Notes under the pieces: generated by a model
Databases searched by the model: none
The model's input: only the letters and a program-made list of their open reading frames with translations
Told to the model about the DNA's origin: nothing
From: an uncultured Acidobacteriota bacterium
GTDB lineage: Bacteria > Acidobacteriota > Thermoanaerobaculia > UBA5066 > Gp7-AA6
Direction of reading: 5' to 3'
Assembly: GCA_963733815.1 (NCBI GenBank)
Contig: CAVTEG010000014.1
Span: 38,861-102,860, forward strand
DNA: 64,000 bases
Program-made: the position numbers and the translations under genes
Part shown: positions 41,096 through 53,327 of the stretch, piece after piece
Layout: every line of letters starts with the position of its first letter
Numbering within the stretch: position 1 is the stretch's first letter

Positions 41096-42630
41096 ATGAC
41101 GAGGACCCAGCGCTGGACGCTCCTCGCCACGGGCCTCGGTCTTTTCATGATCTTCCTCGATTCGAACATCGTGAACGTGGCGCTGCCGTCGATTCAGGCG
41201 GTTTTTCATGTCGGCGAGTCGGGACTGCAGTGGGTCGTCACGGCCTACAGTCTCGGCATGGCGGTGTGCATGATGTCGGCGGGCACGCTGGCCGATCTTC
41301 AGGGGCGCCGGAAGCTCTACCTCGCGGGCATTGCTCTCTTCACGGCGTCTTCCGCGACCTGCGGCCTGGCCTGGTCGCTCGGGTTTCTCAACATCTCCCG
41401 CGCGATCCAGGGTGTTGCCGCCGCGGCGGTCACCGCGACGTCTCTCGCCCTCGTCAGCGCAGCGTTCCCCGAGCCGAGGCTCAAGGCTCTGGCAATCGGC
41501 ATCTGGACCACAATCGCGAACACGGCGACCGCCATCGGGCCCACACTCGGCGGCTTCATGGTGCAACACATCGGCTGGCGAAGCGTCTTTCTCGTAAACG
41601 TTGCCCGTCGGTCTGGTCGTCGTCCTGCTGACGCGGCGGTTCGTGGCCGAATCACGCGATTCGAGGGCGCGCCGTTTCGACGTGCCCGGTCAGCTGCTGT
41701 TGGCGGTGGCGATCGGCTCGTTCGCCGGCGCCGTGATCGAGGGGCCGCGGGCCGGCTGGCTCTCTGCCGAGATCCTCGTTCTCTTCGCTCTCGCGGTGGG
41801 AACGCTCATGGCCTTCGTGCGATGGGAACGCCACATCCCCGATCCGATGATGGACCTCACGCTCTTCCGCAGTCGGACGTACTCGCTTGCGGTCGCCACC
41901 ATTTTCGTCGTCATGTTCGGGAGCTACGGGATGCTGCTGGTGATCACGCAATACCTGCAGAACGTTCGCGAGTTCTCGCCGGTCCAGGCCGGTCTGCTGC
42001 TCCTGCCCTCCAGCCTCACGACGATGGTTGGCTCGTTGGAGGCAGGGCGTCTGGTGGGCATCGTCGGGTCGCGCCGCCTGATCCTTTCCGGTCTCCTGTC
42101 CCTGATCGTCGGGCTGGCCGTGATGATCGGCGGCCTGGCGACCAGCACGATCGCCGTCGTGGTCGGGCTCGTCATCGTCGGGGCCGGGCGCGCCCTGGCC
42201 ATGACGCCGTCGACCGCGCTTGCGGTGGCCGCGGTTCCGCCCGAGCGGGCGGGAATGGCCTCCGGTATCGTGAGCGTCCAGCGGGCCCTCGGCTCGACCG
42301 TGGGCTTCGCCGTTATCGGCTCGATCCTCGCCGCCTGGCTCGGTGCGACACTGGACGGTCATCTCGCCGGCGCCGTGCCGAACCCGTCCGAGCGCGCGCG
42401 ATCTGACCGCCGTCATCGTCGCCAACGCGAATCCCCGTGCCTACGCCGCCGAGATCGGACCGGGCCGGCCAATTCCCCAGCTCGACCGTGCCGCCCGCGA
42501 CGCCGTCATCGCCGCCGCCGACCGCGACTTCGTCTCCGGCATCCGGGCGGCACTGGCCGTCGCGATCCTCTTGCTGGGCGTCACCCTCGCCGCGGGCTAC
42601 CGCGGGTTCCCGCGCGATTCGGGCAACTAG
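41096..42630 (+). pseudogene. DHA2-type (EmrB/QacA-like, 14-TMS) MFS efflux transporter with two frameshifts (about 41600 and 42400)
   Basis: Colinear pieces in ORFs 41033, 41601 and 42343, including 'LDSNIVNVALPSIQ', 'GTLADLQGRRK' and 'GPTLGGFMVQHIGWRSVFLVNV'. Confidence 0.75.
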
Positions 42631-42847
42631 TCAGGTGCATACGCCTCCGTCTCGGATCCGTACCGCCGGGATTCTGTGGTGGCGATAAACAGCAAGCCAC
42701 CAGGCATGGCTGTGTTCTTGAGGAAATTGAGAAGCTGCGCCGTAAAGGAGGCGATGCCGGCAACCTGCCCGAAGGCGTGCGCAGCGCTCCTAGAACGAGG
42801 TCGGTTCACGGCGGGTTGAGGTTGACACCGGGCCATCCGCCCACAAC

Positions 42848-43498
42848 TCAACCCCCGGCTGTGTGGAACAAGCGGGCCGATCAAGAATCCGGCCGCGGCA
42901 GCGCCCAGGCCGATGGCCACCATCTGCAAGCCGCTCCGACGCCAGTCCCCGATCAGAGTCTTCGCGGAGTAAACGCCCACGGCGAAGAGCGTCACTGCAC
43001 TGAGCGATATCGCCGCAACGATCGCCGGTGTCCGTGCGAACGCAATAAAAGGGATCAACGGGATCAAGTGGCCGATGAGTGTGGCCACCGTGACGATCAC
43101 TGCGCTACGCAGCAGGCTTTGCTCTTTGACCGGCTGGAGATGCAACTCTTCGTCCATCATCGTGCTCACCCAAGCCTCCCGATTCGAGGTGATCGTGGAA
43201 ACGACATCCTCGAGCAACTGCCCTCCGAAGCCCTTGGCCGCATAGATTTCCCGGATTTCCGCGCGTTCCTCTTCGGGTTGCGACGAGATCTCATCTTGCT
43301 CGCGCTTTTTCTCCGCGAGATAGAAGTCACGGATCCGAACCAAACGATGTGTACGCCACCGCACCCATGGAAATCGATTCCGTGATGTGCCGCGGCAATT
43401 CCGGTGACGACGAGAACGTGGCTAGACCCGCCGGCGGCCACGACGCCCAATGCGATACCCAACATGTTGACCAGGCCATCCTGTCCACCCAGAATCAC
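42848..43498 (-). pseudogene. VIT1/CCC1-family transporter with at least 3 frameshifts
   Basis: 'MILGGQDGLVNMLGIALGVVAAG' (ORF 43166..43498), then 'ITESISMGAVAYTS' in a third frame, then 'AEKKREQDEISSQPEEERAEIREIYAAKGF...LIPLIPF' (ORF 42627..43364). The likely true stop is at 42848 after a further shift. Confidence 0.65.
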
Positions 43499-43832
43499 AT
43501 CCCTCGAGAGAGTTCTTTGCGCTGTGCGGCTCTGTGGCGGGCGAGGTGTATCTTGCCGGGGTCGAGAGAAGCACGCACGACGCGTCCCAGGCGAGTTGTG
43601 GATGTTCTGGGCATGTCGGAGAGGTCGGGCCTTTCCACGCCGCCTCCGGCGCGGGAGGCCCGATCGTACTCCTCTGGCTTGCCCTCGCGAGGAACGGTCA
43701 CGCGTGCGCCCGTCGGCCAGGGCGGGTGGAACGGGCCACGAAAGGGGAATAGCATGGCACCCCGTTCGACGTTCGAGGCAGACCTCGATCCGAGGCTGAC
43801 CCGATCCGAGGACGAGTCGAAGGACCTAGAGC

Positions 43833-46800
43833 ATGTGGCTAGTCCGACTCGCTCTCAGCCGGCCTACACGTTCGTCGTCGTGTCGCTCCTCATCGCCGTC
43901 CTGGGGGTGCTGTCCATCGCCGCCATGCCCACGGACATCTTCCCGAAGATCGACATTCCCGTCGTCAGCGTGATCTGGGGCTACGGCGGTCTCTCGCCGG
44001 AAGAGATGCAGGACCGGATCACGACGGTCGTCGAGCGCGCGTTCACCACGACGGTCAGCAACATCGAGCACATGGAGTCGCTGTCGGTGCGGGGGACCAG
44101 CGTGATCAAGCTGTTCTTGCAGCCAAAAACGGACGTCAACGGCGCGGTGGCTCAAGTGACGGCGATCTCTGAGACGCTGCTTCGGCCCCTGCCTCCGGGC
44201 ATCACGCCGCCGCTGATCATCGCGTACAACGCGGCCGACGTGCCGGTGATCATGCTGAGCCTCGGCAGCGATCAGCTCTCGGAGCAGCAGCTCTGGGACT
44301 ATGGGAACAACTTCATCCGGACGCAGCTCGTGACGGTGCAAGGCGCGGCGGTTTCTTCTTCCCTACAGCGGCGTGAGCCGCGTCGGTGAACGTCGACCTC
44401 GATCCGGACGGCCTCTACGCGCGGAGTCTGTCGCCCCAGGACGTCGTCAAGGCCGTGCTGAACCAGAACATCGTCGTCTCCGCCGGCACGATCAAGATGG
44501 GGGTCGATCGAGTACGACGTCGCCATCAATAGCAGCCCGGAGGTCCTGGCGGACCTCAACGACATTCCGATCCGCTATTAAACGGAGCCATGGTCTACGT
44601 CCGCGACGTGGGGATTCGTCCACGACGGCTTCAGCGCCGCAGACGAACCTCGTGCGGCGCGACGGCAGGCATTCGCGTCCTGATGCCCCATTCTCAACAG
44701 CGGCAACGCCTCGACGCTCGACGGTCGTCGAGCGGAGTCAACGAGACCTGATGCCGAGGGTCCAGGCCGGTCTGCCCAGGAGCCTGAAGGTGGATTTCGC
44801 TGTTCGACCAGAGCGTATTCGTTCGCGCGGCGATCGCCGGGCGTGCACGAAGGGGACCGATTGCGGCCTGCCTCGATCGGCGCTGATGATTCTGGTCTTC
44901 CTTGGCACTCCTGGCGAAGCACGCTCATCGTCATCATCTCGATTCCGCTTTCGATCCTCGCTTCGTCGGGGTGCTGCGCGTGCTCGGGGAGACGCTCAAC
45001 GTGATGACGCTCGGCGGTCTCGCGCTGGCAGTCGGTATCCTGGTCGATGACGCGACGGTCGAGATCGAGAACATCCATCGCAACATCGGCCTCGGCACAG
45101 CGCGCTGCCGTCAGGCGATTCTCGACGGCGCCGCAGCAGATCGCCGCGCCGGCCTTCGTCGTCGACGCTGTCGATCTGCATCGTGTTCGTCCCGGTCGTG
45201 TTGCTGGGCGGCGTCGGCGGATTATCTCTTCACGCCGCTCGCGCTGGCCGTGGTCTTCGCGATGCTCGCCTCCTATCTGCTCTCCCGGACGCTGGTGCCC
45301 GACGATGTTCGCTGTACCTGATGCGCCGAGGGAGCGGGCCCGAATGGAGGGCGCGAAGAACGAGAAGCCGCGCTCCTTCGCCCGGAGCCTCCGATCGGAT
45401 CGAGGCCGGCTTCGACGGCGCTCGCGCGACGCGCTACCAGGGAACGCTCGACTGGGTGCTGGCGAACCGGAAGCGTCGCGTTCTCGCGTTCGTTGGATCT
45501 CGCCGGTCGGCTCGGCGTCGTACTGTTCCCGTTCGTGGGCCGCGACTTCTTCCCGACGGTCGACGCAGGGCAGCTCCGGCTACACGTGCGCGTGCCGGCC
45601 GGGACGCGGATCGAGGAGACGGAGGCGTACTTTCAGCGGGTGGAGGACTACATCCGCGGAGTGATCCCGGCCGACGAGCTCGTCCGTGGTCAACGACAAC
45701 ATCGGCATGCCGAACAGCGCATCAACCTCGCGCTCAGCGACAGCGCCACCGATCGGCACCGTCGGACGGGGAGATCCTCGTGGCTCTCAAACCCGAGCCA
45801 TGCGTCCGACGGCCGAGCTACCTGAAGACGCTGCGCGAGGACTGCCGAAGCGATTCCCGGACCTTGAGGTTCTTCTTGCAGCCGGCCGACATCGTCAGCC
45901 AGATCCTCAACTTCGGCTTGCCGGCGCCGATCGACATCCAGATCAGCGGGCCGATCGCGCAAGCCGGTGCAACTACGCGATCGCCCAACAGATCGCGGAG
46001 CGAGCTCGCCGGCGTTCCCGGCGCGGTGGACGTGCACATCCAGCAGATCGTGAGCGCTCCGCGCCTCATGGTCGAAACGGATCGGGTCCTGGCGCAGCAG
46101 AACGGCATGACGGAATCGGACATGGCCAACAGCCTGTCCGTTTCGCTCTCCGGCAGCGGGCAGCCTCGACCGAATTTCTGGTTGAACTACAAGAATGGAG
46201 TCCAGTATCAGGTCGTCGTGCAAACGCAAGCAGCACCACCTCGACCTCGATGGACGAACTGCGGCCGCACCCCGCTCCTCGCCGCCGGGCAGACGTCGAC
46301 CGCAGATGTTGACCAACCTCGCCACGATTCGGCGAACGTCCACGGCCTTGTCGCTCAACCACTACAACGTGCAGCCCGTCTTCGACGTCTCCGCCAACGT
46401 GCAGGGGACGGACCTCGGAAGCGTCGTCGAAGGCGATCGACAAGATCGTCGCCGGCATACGGCGAAGATCTCGAAGGCCAGCACGATCACCGTGCGCGGA
46501 CAGATCGCAGAGCATGAAGCAGTCGTTCGCCCAGATGTCGCTCGGGCATCTGTTCGCGATCCTCCTCGTGTATTTCCTGATGGTCGTGAACTTCCAGTCG
46601 TGGCTCGGCCCCTTCATCATCCTGACCGCTCTGCCCGGGCGCGCTCGCCGGAGTCTCTGGGCTGCTCTTCGTGACGCACACGACGCTCAGCGTACCGTCG
46701 CTCATGGGCGCGATCATGGCGATCGGCGTCGCGACTTCGAACAGCATCCTGATGGTCACGTTCGCCAACGAGCAGCGCGCCCGGCGTCGGCGAAGGACTC

Positions 46801-47126
46801 GCGGGACGGCCGCGCTGATCGCCGGCCGCACGCGGCTGCGCCCCGTCCTGATGACGGCGCTCGCCATGCTCTTCGGCATGCTGCCGATGGCCTCGGGCTG
46901 GGCGAGGGCGGCGAGCAGAACGCGCCGCTCGGCCGGGCCGTGATCGGCGGCCTGCTGCGTGGCGACGTTCTACACGCTGTTCTTCGTCCCGGCCGCCTAC
47001 AGCGTGCTGCAGCGAAAGCCGCCGCTGGCCGCGATTCGAACGGGCGAGGAGAAAACGGAAAAGGAGCCGCCGAAGAAGTACCCGCCGGAGAAAAAGCCGC
47101 CGGAGCAACCGGAGAAGCCGTCATGA
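43833..47126 (+). pseudogene. RND (AcrB/HAE1-like) inner-membrane efflux pump with many frameshifts
   Basis: 'MWLVRLALSRP' shifts at once to 'YTFVVVSLLIAVLGVLSIAAMPTDIFPKIDIPVVSVIW'. Further pieces lie in ORFs 44902, 45183, 45493, 46195, 46514 and 46671 ('ALAVGILVDDATVEIENIHRN', 'LMVVNFQSWLGPFIILTALP', 'MGAIMAIGVATSNSILMVTFA'). Confidence 0.8.
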
Positions 47127-48428
47127 GCAATTCGAGCGGCATCGAGCAAGAACCGGCGGCGGCGGAACCCTCGCACGTCGACCATTCCGTGCCGCGCGCC
47201 CGGACGCGAACGATGCAGGTCATCGGCCTCGGCATCCTCGTTCTGTTTGCGGTCCTTCTGGTCGTCAGCGTGATCCCGCGCGTGATCAACCGCCACCGCC
47301 TGGCGAAGGCGGCGCAGTCCGTGCGCACCGCGGTGACCAGCGTGCACGTGGTCTCGCCTGTTGCCGCCTCCGAAGCGGGCCTCTCCATCGCTGCCACGAC
47401 CCAGGCCATGCAGGACGCGATCATCTATGCCCGGACGAGCGGCTGCGTTCGCAAGCGCTATGTGGACATCGGCGACGACGTGAAAGCCGGCGAGCTCCTG
47501 GCGGAGATCGACTCCCCGGAGATCGACCAGCAGCTCATGCAGGCCCGGGCGGATCTGCGGACAGGCGGAGAGGAACCTGGACCTTCAGAAAGCCACTCTG
47601 GATCTGAATCGAGTCACCATGGATCGCTACAAAGGCGCCGACGAGGAGGGGGCGGTTGCAGTCGAGGCGGTGGATCAGAGCGTGTCGGCCTACCGGACGG
47701 CGGAGGCCGCCGTCGCCGCGGCGGAGGCGAGCGTCGAATCGAATCGGGCAAACGTCCAGAGGCTCGTGGACTTGACCGGCTTTCAGCGAGTCGTCGCACC
47801 GTTCGCCGGGACGGTGATCCGAACGCAACGTGGATGTCGGGACGTTGGTCACCGCGGGCAGCCCGACCGACAACACCGCCGTGGCTCCGACCAGCGTGAC
47901 AGGCCAGGCGAACGGGCTCTTCGAGGTCGCGCGCATCGACGAGCTGCGCGTGTTTGTGAAACGTTCCCCAGGTCTATGCGCCGAACGTGAAGGTCGGTCT
48001 CCCCGTCGAAGTCACGGTTCGGGGACAGCTCCAAACGCCGGTCACCGGCACGGTGACGCGCACCGCCCGAGCGCTGGATCCGGCGACGCGCACGCTGCTG
48101 ACGGAGGTGGACATTCCCAATCCGACCCATCGGATGCTTCCCGGAATGTTCGTGTACGTCGCCTTCAAGATCGGCCCCTGCCGGGATACGGTTACGCGTT
48201 CCGGCGACGGCGGTCATCGTTGACGCGAAGGGGACCCGCGTCGCGATCGTCAGGACGGGGAGATCAGACTGCGCTTTCTACCGGTCGGTGCTCGGACGCG
48301 ACTTCGGGGACGTCATCGACATTCAGGAGGGCCTGGCGGGCGGCGAGACCATCGTGGCGCAGCCGACCGTTTCGCTCCAGGAGGGCCAGGTCGTCAACCC
48401 GATCGCGGCCAAGGGCGCCGGGAGCTGA
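47123..48428 (+). pseudogene. RND periplasmic adaptor (MFP/HlyD family) with several frameshifts
   Basis: ATGA overlap with the RND stop. Contains 'DIGDDVKAGELLAEIDSPEIDQQL', 'RVVAPFAGTVI' and 'LPVEVTVRGQLQTPVTGTVTRTARALDPATRTLLTEVDIPN', spread over three frames. Confidence 0.7.
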
Positions 48429-48434
48429 TCGGCG

Positions 48435-49965
48435 ATGCGGGGCCGTTCTCCGGACCGCCGCTGCGATCGTGCGCCGTCGCTGGCGTTTCCGCTTCTCGCC
48501 GTGATGACCGGAGCGTGCATGGTCGGCCCGAACTATTCGCGGCCGCCGGTCGAGGAGCCGCCCGCTTTCAAGTCCGAGCTCCCGGCCTCGCCCTGGGCGC
48601 TTCCCGAGACCGGCTGGTGGGAGCTCTATGCGGATCCGGAGCTCACGCAGTTTGATTGCGGCCGCGAACGCTTCGAACCCAGACTCTTCGCCAGGCGGTG
48701 GCGCGCGTTCGACCAGGCGCGAGCGCTCGCGAGGGTTGCGGGGAGCTACCTCTACCCGTCGGATCTCGGCGAATCCGCGTTCTCTCGGACGCGTTTCTGG
48801 GAACGCGCGACAGCACCATCACCGGTGAGCCCGTGACCGGGGGCGCGACGATCAGCGACTGGATCATCACTGCCGATCTGTCCTGCGCAGATCGACGTCT
48901 GGGGCCGCGTCCGCCGGTCGTTCGAATCCTCACGGGCAACCGCCGAAGCGGCAGCCGACGACGAAGCCGTCGTTCGGCTCACGGTCCAGGCGGACGTGGC
49001 CACCCTGTACCTCACAACATCCGCTCGCTCGACGCCCAGGATTGATCTGACGCAGACCGTCAAGGCCTGTCGGGAAGGCAGGTTGCCCATCCTTTCGGTC
49101 CAGCTCGAGGATCGGACTCGTCAGTTCGATCGCCGTCTATCAGGCGCAGTAGCGCTGTTCCAGACGACGCGCAGGCCCTCCAGCGGGACGTCCAGCGAGC
49201 GCGGGCGGACCTGGAACATGTTCTTGCCATCCTGTGCGGGCGACCCGCGCCATCGTTCGCGCTCCCCGTACGCCCGCTGGAAGTACGGCGCTGCCTGCGT
49301 GCCGGCCGGTCTGCCCGCCGACCTGCTGACCCGCCGTGCCGGACGTCGCCGAGGCGGAGCAGAACGTCGTGGTGGCGAACGCCCAGGATCGGAGTCGCCA
49401 CGGCGGACTTCTATGCGCGGTTCATGTCTGACGGGCTACGCGGGTTCGAAAGCCGCCCGTGCGAGCGATCATGTTCAACTGGGCGGAGCCGCGTCGCTTC
49501 GCTCCTGCCGAGCATCTCGTTCCCGATTTCCAGGGTCGGACGGCTGAAGGCGCAATCTCGCGGCGACGAAGGCCCAGTATCGAGCGAAACCGTGGCGGCG
49601 TATGTCCGAACAGGTTCTGATCGCCTATGGAAGATGTCGAGGACGCGCTGACCGACTTGGACGCCCTCGCCGACGAGGTCGAGACCTTGCGCGGGGCCGT
49701 GGACGCGTCCAGAATTACCTCCGGCATCGCCCGAGCGCAGTTCAAGTACGGGCTGGTGGACTGACCTGCTCGTCATCGACGCCGAGCGCCACGCTGCTCG
49801 GCAACCAGCTGCTGCTCGGCGCAGACCATCGATTTGCGGCATGAGGGCCAGCGTCGAGTCTCATCAAGGCGCTCGAGCGGCGGATCGGGAGGGCCTTTGC
49901 AAGGGCCGAACACGCCGCCCTCGGGAAGAGGCGGACGCAAAAGCCGGAGAGCCCCGGCGTCATAG
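48435..49965 (+). pseudogene. Outer-membrane efflux factor lipoprotein (NodT/OprM family), heavily frameshifted
   Basis: Lipobox 'LLAVMTGACMVGPNYSRPPV' and 'WWELYADPELTQ'. The C-terminal 'SLIKAL..GG' signature is reachable only through further shifts. The likely stop is the TAG at 49963. Confidence 0.6.
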
Positions 49966-49977
49966 GAGACGCCGGTC

Positions 49978-50906
49978 ATGGCGAAGATTGGATTCCTGGG
50001 GTTGGGTGAGATGGGCACGCCGATGGCCGGGCGCTTGCTCAAAGCGGGTCATGAGTTGACGGTCTGGAATCGCAGCCCGGAGAAGACGGCACCCCTGGCG
50101 AAGGAGGGCGCCGCGGTCGCGGCGACTCCCGCGAAAGTCTCCGCCGGTGCAGATGTGGTCATCACGATGCTCGCGACGCCGGATGCCCTCGAGCAGGTGC
50201 TCTTCGGAGTCGCGGGGCTGGCGGCCGCGCTCTCACCCGGCCAGATCCTGATCGACATGTCGACCGTGGGGCCGGACGAGGTCCGCTCGGCCGCTTCTCG
50301 GCTTCCCGAGGGCGCATCCCTCGTCGATGCGCCTGTACGGGGCAGCGTGCCGCAGGCCACATCCGGGAAACTCGACATTTTCGTTGGCGCGACCGACTCG
50401 GACTACGAGCGTGTGCGGCCGATCCTGGAGGTTCTCGGCGCGGTGCGGCATACGGGAGGACCCGGAGCAGGAGCCGCGATGAAGCTCGTGGCGAATCTCG
50501 TTCTGGGTGCCGCGATCGTGACGCTCGGGGAGGCCCTCTCTCTCGGAGAGTCGCTCGAGCTCAAGCAGGCCGTCATTCTCGATGTCCTCGCCGGCTCGCC
50601 GATCGGACCCATCGTCGCGGCCAAGCGAGGCAATGTCGAATCCGGCCTTTTCCCTCCAGCTTCAAGCTGCGGCATGCTGAAAAAGATCTCCGGCTCGTCA
50701 CCGAAGCGGCGGCCGCCAGAGGCGGCGACCTCAAGCAGGCCCGGGCGAATCGCGCCTGGTTCGACGAAGCCGCGGAGCGGGGCGCCGCCGACCTCGACTT
50801 CTCGGCGGTCGTCGCGACGATTGGAGGGAAGCCACCCGAGCCGACCCGCAAGAGTATGGAGAATCGTCCGCAGGAGCCGGGTGGGCGCAAGGAGATTCGG
50901 ACATGA
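49978..50906 (+). pseudogene. 3-hydroxyisobutyrate / 6-phosphogluconate dehydrogenase-family NAD(P) oxidoreductase with a single 1-nt deletion near 50663
   Basis: 'MAKIGFLGLGEMGTPMAGRLLKAGH' Rossmann start. After 'GNVESG' the expected 'F.PSFKLRHAEKDLRLVTEAA' is in the neighbouring frame. Stop overlaps the next gene as ATGA (50903-50906). Confidence 0.7.
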
Positions 50907-51991
50907 AGTACAGGAAGTTGGGACATACCGGGCTCATCGTCAGCGAGGTGGGGCTGGGCAGCATGCAGTTCGGCGGCAAGATGAACATGGGCAACCTCGG
51001 CCAGGAGGACACGACGCGAATGGTGAGGGTCGCCCTGGACAACGGCGTCAATTTCGTCGACACGGCCGACGTGTACAGCCTCGGCGAGAGCGAGACGCTT
51101 CTGGGCAATGCGTTGAAGGGCATCCGGCAAGAGATCGTCCTGGCCACGAAGGTCCGGCTTCCCATGGGTGGAGCCGAGCAATTCAATCGAAGCGGCGCGA
51201 CGCGCGTGAACATCCTGCGAGAGGTGGAGGGCAGCCTCGAGCGGTTGCAGACCGATTACATCGACCTCTACCAGGTGCACGGATGGGACAGCAACACGCC
51301 GCTGGAGGAGACCCTGCGCACGCTCGACGACCTCGTGCGCCAGGGGAAGGTCCGTTACATCGGGCTCTCCAACTACATGTCGTGGCAGGCGGCTACGGCG
51401 ATCAGGCTGCAGGAGCGCCTCGGACTGGAAAGATTCGCGACGGCGCAGATGTATTACAGCCTCGTCGGCCGGGGCCTCGAATTCGAGTTCCAGTCTTTCG
51501 CCGAGTACCACGACGTGGGCATCCTGGTCTGGAGCCCGCTCGCCGGCGGCTTCCTGACGGGCAAGTACACGCGCGGCAACCCGCCGCCCGCCGGCAGCCG
51601 ATTCTTCGACGCGGGTCAGTTCGTTCCGTTCGACAGGGAGAAGGGCTACCTCGTCGTGGATGCGCTGAAGGAGGTGGCCGCCCGCCGCAACGCGAGCCCG
51701 GCGCGCGTCGCGATCGCGTGGCTGCTGGGCCGACGAGCGGTCCGCAGCGTAATCGTCGCCGCCCGGAAGGCGGAGCAGCTCGAAGACAATATCCGTGCCG
51801 TCGACTTGCGACTGTCGGACGAGGACGTTCGACAACTGGATGCGGCGTCGGATCCGGGTATTCCGTACCCGAAGTGGATGGTGTTGCAGCTCGATACCGC
51901 CGAGGACCCGCGTCCGAGGATCCTGCATCCCGAGCGCTACGCGAAGGGCGGTCAGTGGAAAGACCTTCGGGGAACCGGATGGTCCGGATAG
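50903..51991 (+). CDS. Aldo/keto reductase
   Basis: Intact 362 aa with 'YRKLGHTGLIVSEVGLG', 'FVDTADVY' and 'DLYQVHGWD'. Confidence 0.9.
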   Translation: MKYRKLGHTGLIVSEVGLGSMQFGGKMNMGNLGQEDTTRMVRVALDNGVNFVDTADVYSLGESETLLGNALKGIRQEIVLATKVRLPMGGAEQFNRSGATRVNILREVEGSLERLQTDYIDLYQVHGWDSNTPLEETLRTLDDLVRQGKVRYIGLSNYMSWQAATAIRLQERLGLERFATAQMYYSLVGRGLEFEFQSFAEYHDVGILVWSPLAGGFLTGKYTRGNPPPAGSRFFDAGQFVPFDREKGYLVVDALKEVAARRNASPARVAIAWLLGRRAVRSVIVAARKAEQLEDNIRAVDLRLSDEDVRQLDAASDPGIPYPKWMVLQLDTAEDPRPRILHPERYAKGGQWKDLRGTGWSG

Positions 51992-53322
51992 AGCAGATCA
52001 AGCCGGAGACCGCCCGAATTGCCATCCGGCTGATGGCCTCGATCGTGGCCTGGCTCATCGCGAACCCGGAAGCGGCGCGCGCTCAGACGGGAACACCCGT
52101 CCCATCCGGGACGCCGACGGACGTTTCGCGTCGCCCGCCTCCGATCCCGCCTGCGGGGCCTCTCGCCGATCCGAGATCGCGGCATCAGGTCGGCATGCCG
52201 GTCCGGCTGACCGACGACGCGACGCCGGCGGACAATCCGCAGACTCCCGAAAAGATCGAGCTCGGCCGGAAGCTCTTCTTCGACGGGCGGCTGTCGGCCG
52301 ACGGTACCGTGGCCTGCGCCACGTGTCACGACCCGGCTCGAGCCTTCACCGACGGCCGCCCCGTCTCGATCGGCATTCGGGGCCGCGCGGGCCAGCGCAA
52401 TTCGCCGACCGTTCTCAACGCGCTTCTCGACAAGGCGCAGTTCTGGGACGGCCGCGCCGACACTCTCGAGGAGCAGGCCGCGCTTCCGATCACCAACCCC
52501 TCGGAGATGGGGCAGCCCACCCTCGATGCCGCTGTGGCCCGGATCGCCGCCGTCGCGGAATACCGGCGAGCTTTTCGGGAGGCGTTCGGCCGTCCCGTCA
52601 GCGGCCCGGATCTCGTGCGCGCGCTCGCCGCGTACGAGCGAACACTGGCGTCGTTCGGTTCTCCGTTCGACCGTTTCGTCGCGGGTGACACGGCCGCCCT
52701 CGACGCTGCGACCCGACGCGGCTGGGAGCTCTTCAACACGAAGGCCCGCTGCAACAAGTGTCATGCCCGTTCGGACAGCGAGCGCGACGTCACGAACTTC
52801 ACGGACTTCGACTACCACAACATCGGCATCGGCATCCTGAAGCACCACGTCGCGGCCTCGGAGCGCGAAGCCGAAGTGGAGGTCGCTCTCGGAACGCTGG
52901 CCGCGGTGGACCAGGCCGCCATCGATTCGGATCTGTCCGTCCTCGGTCGCTTTCTCGTGACGCGAAAGGATGCCGATACCGCCGCCTTCAAGACGCCGAA
53001 CCTGCGCAACGTGATGGTGACGGCGCCCTACTTTCACGACGGCTCGCAGGCGACATTGTGGGACGCGATGGATCACTACAATAAGGGCGACGGACGGACC
53101 GATCCGTGGTTGGACGAGGACATCCAGCCGTTGGCGTTGACCGAGCCCGAGATCGACGACCTTGTGGCGTTTCTGGCGTCGCTGACCAGTCCGGAATATC
53201 GGGACCTCGGGAAGCGGGAATGGGAGCGTCAGACAGCCTTGTCGCGAACGAGTCGCCCGCAGCGCGACACGAAACGAGCCTTCGGCCCGAAGCCGACCCA
53301 ACCCAGGCCACCGGCGCCATGA
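51979..53322 (+). CDS. Di-haem cytochrome c peroxidase (CCP/MauG family)
   Basis: Two haem motifs, 'CATCHD' and 'CNKCHA', plus 'FKTPNLRNV..TAPYFHDG'. It is the last third of composite ORF 49978..53322. The start at 51979 (MVRIEQ) is tentative. Confidence 0.85.
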   Translation: MVRIEQIKPETARIAIRLMASIVAWLIANPEAARAQTGTPVPSGTPTDVSRRPPPIPPAGPLADPRSRHQVGMPVRLTDDATPADNPQTPEKIELGRKLFFDGRLSADGTVACATCHDPARAFTDGRPVSIGIRGRAGQRNSPTVLNALLDKAQFWDGRADTLEEQAALPITNPSEMGQPTLDAAVARIAAVAEYRRAFREAFGRPVSGPDLVRALAAYERTLASFGSPFDRFVAGDTAALDAATRRGWELFNTKARCNKCHARSDSERDVTNFTDFDYHNIGIGILKHHVAASEREAEVEVALGTLAAVDQAAIDSDLSVLGRFLVTRKDADTAAFKTPNLRNVMVTAPYFHDGSQATLWDAMDHYNKGDGRTDPWLDEDIQPLALTEPEIDDLVAFLASLTSPEYRDLGKREWERQTALSRTSRPQRDTKRAFGPKPTQPRPPAP

Positions 53323-53327
53323 GTCGA

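Noticed and set aside
49978-53322. A 1114-aa ORF that looks like a giant fusion protein
   Set aside because: It is a composite. The first ~225 codons are the HIBADH-like gene, which then shifts frame. The middle is the out-of-frame reading of the aldo/keto reductase gene (50903..51991). The last third is the cytochrome c peroxidase. Long stop-free wrong-frame stretches are expected in high-GC DNA.
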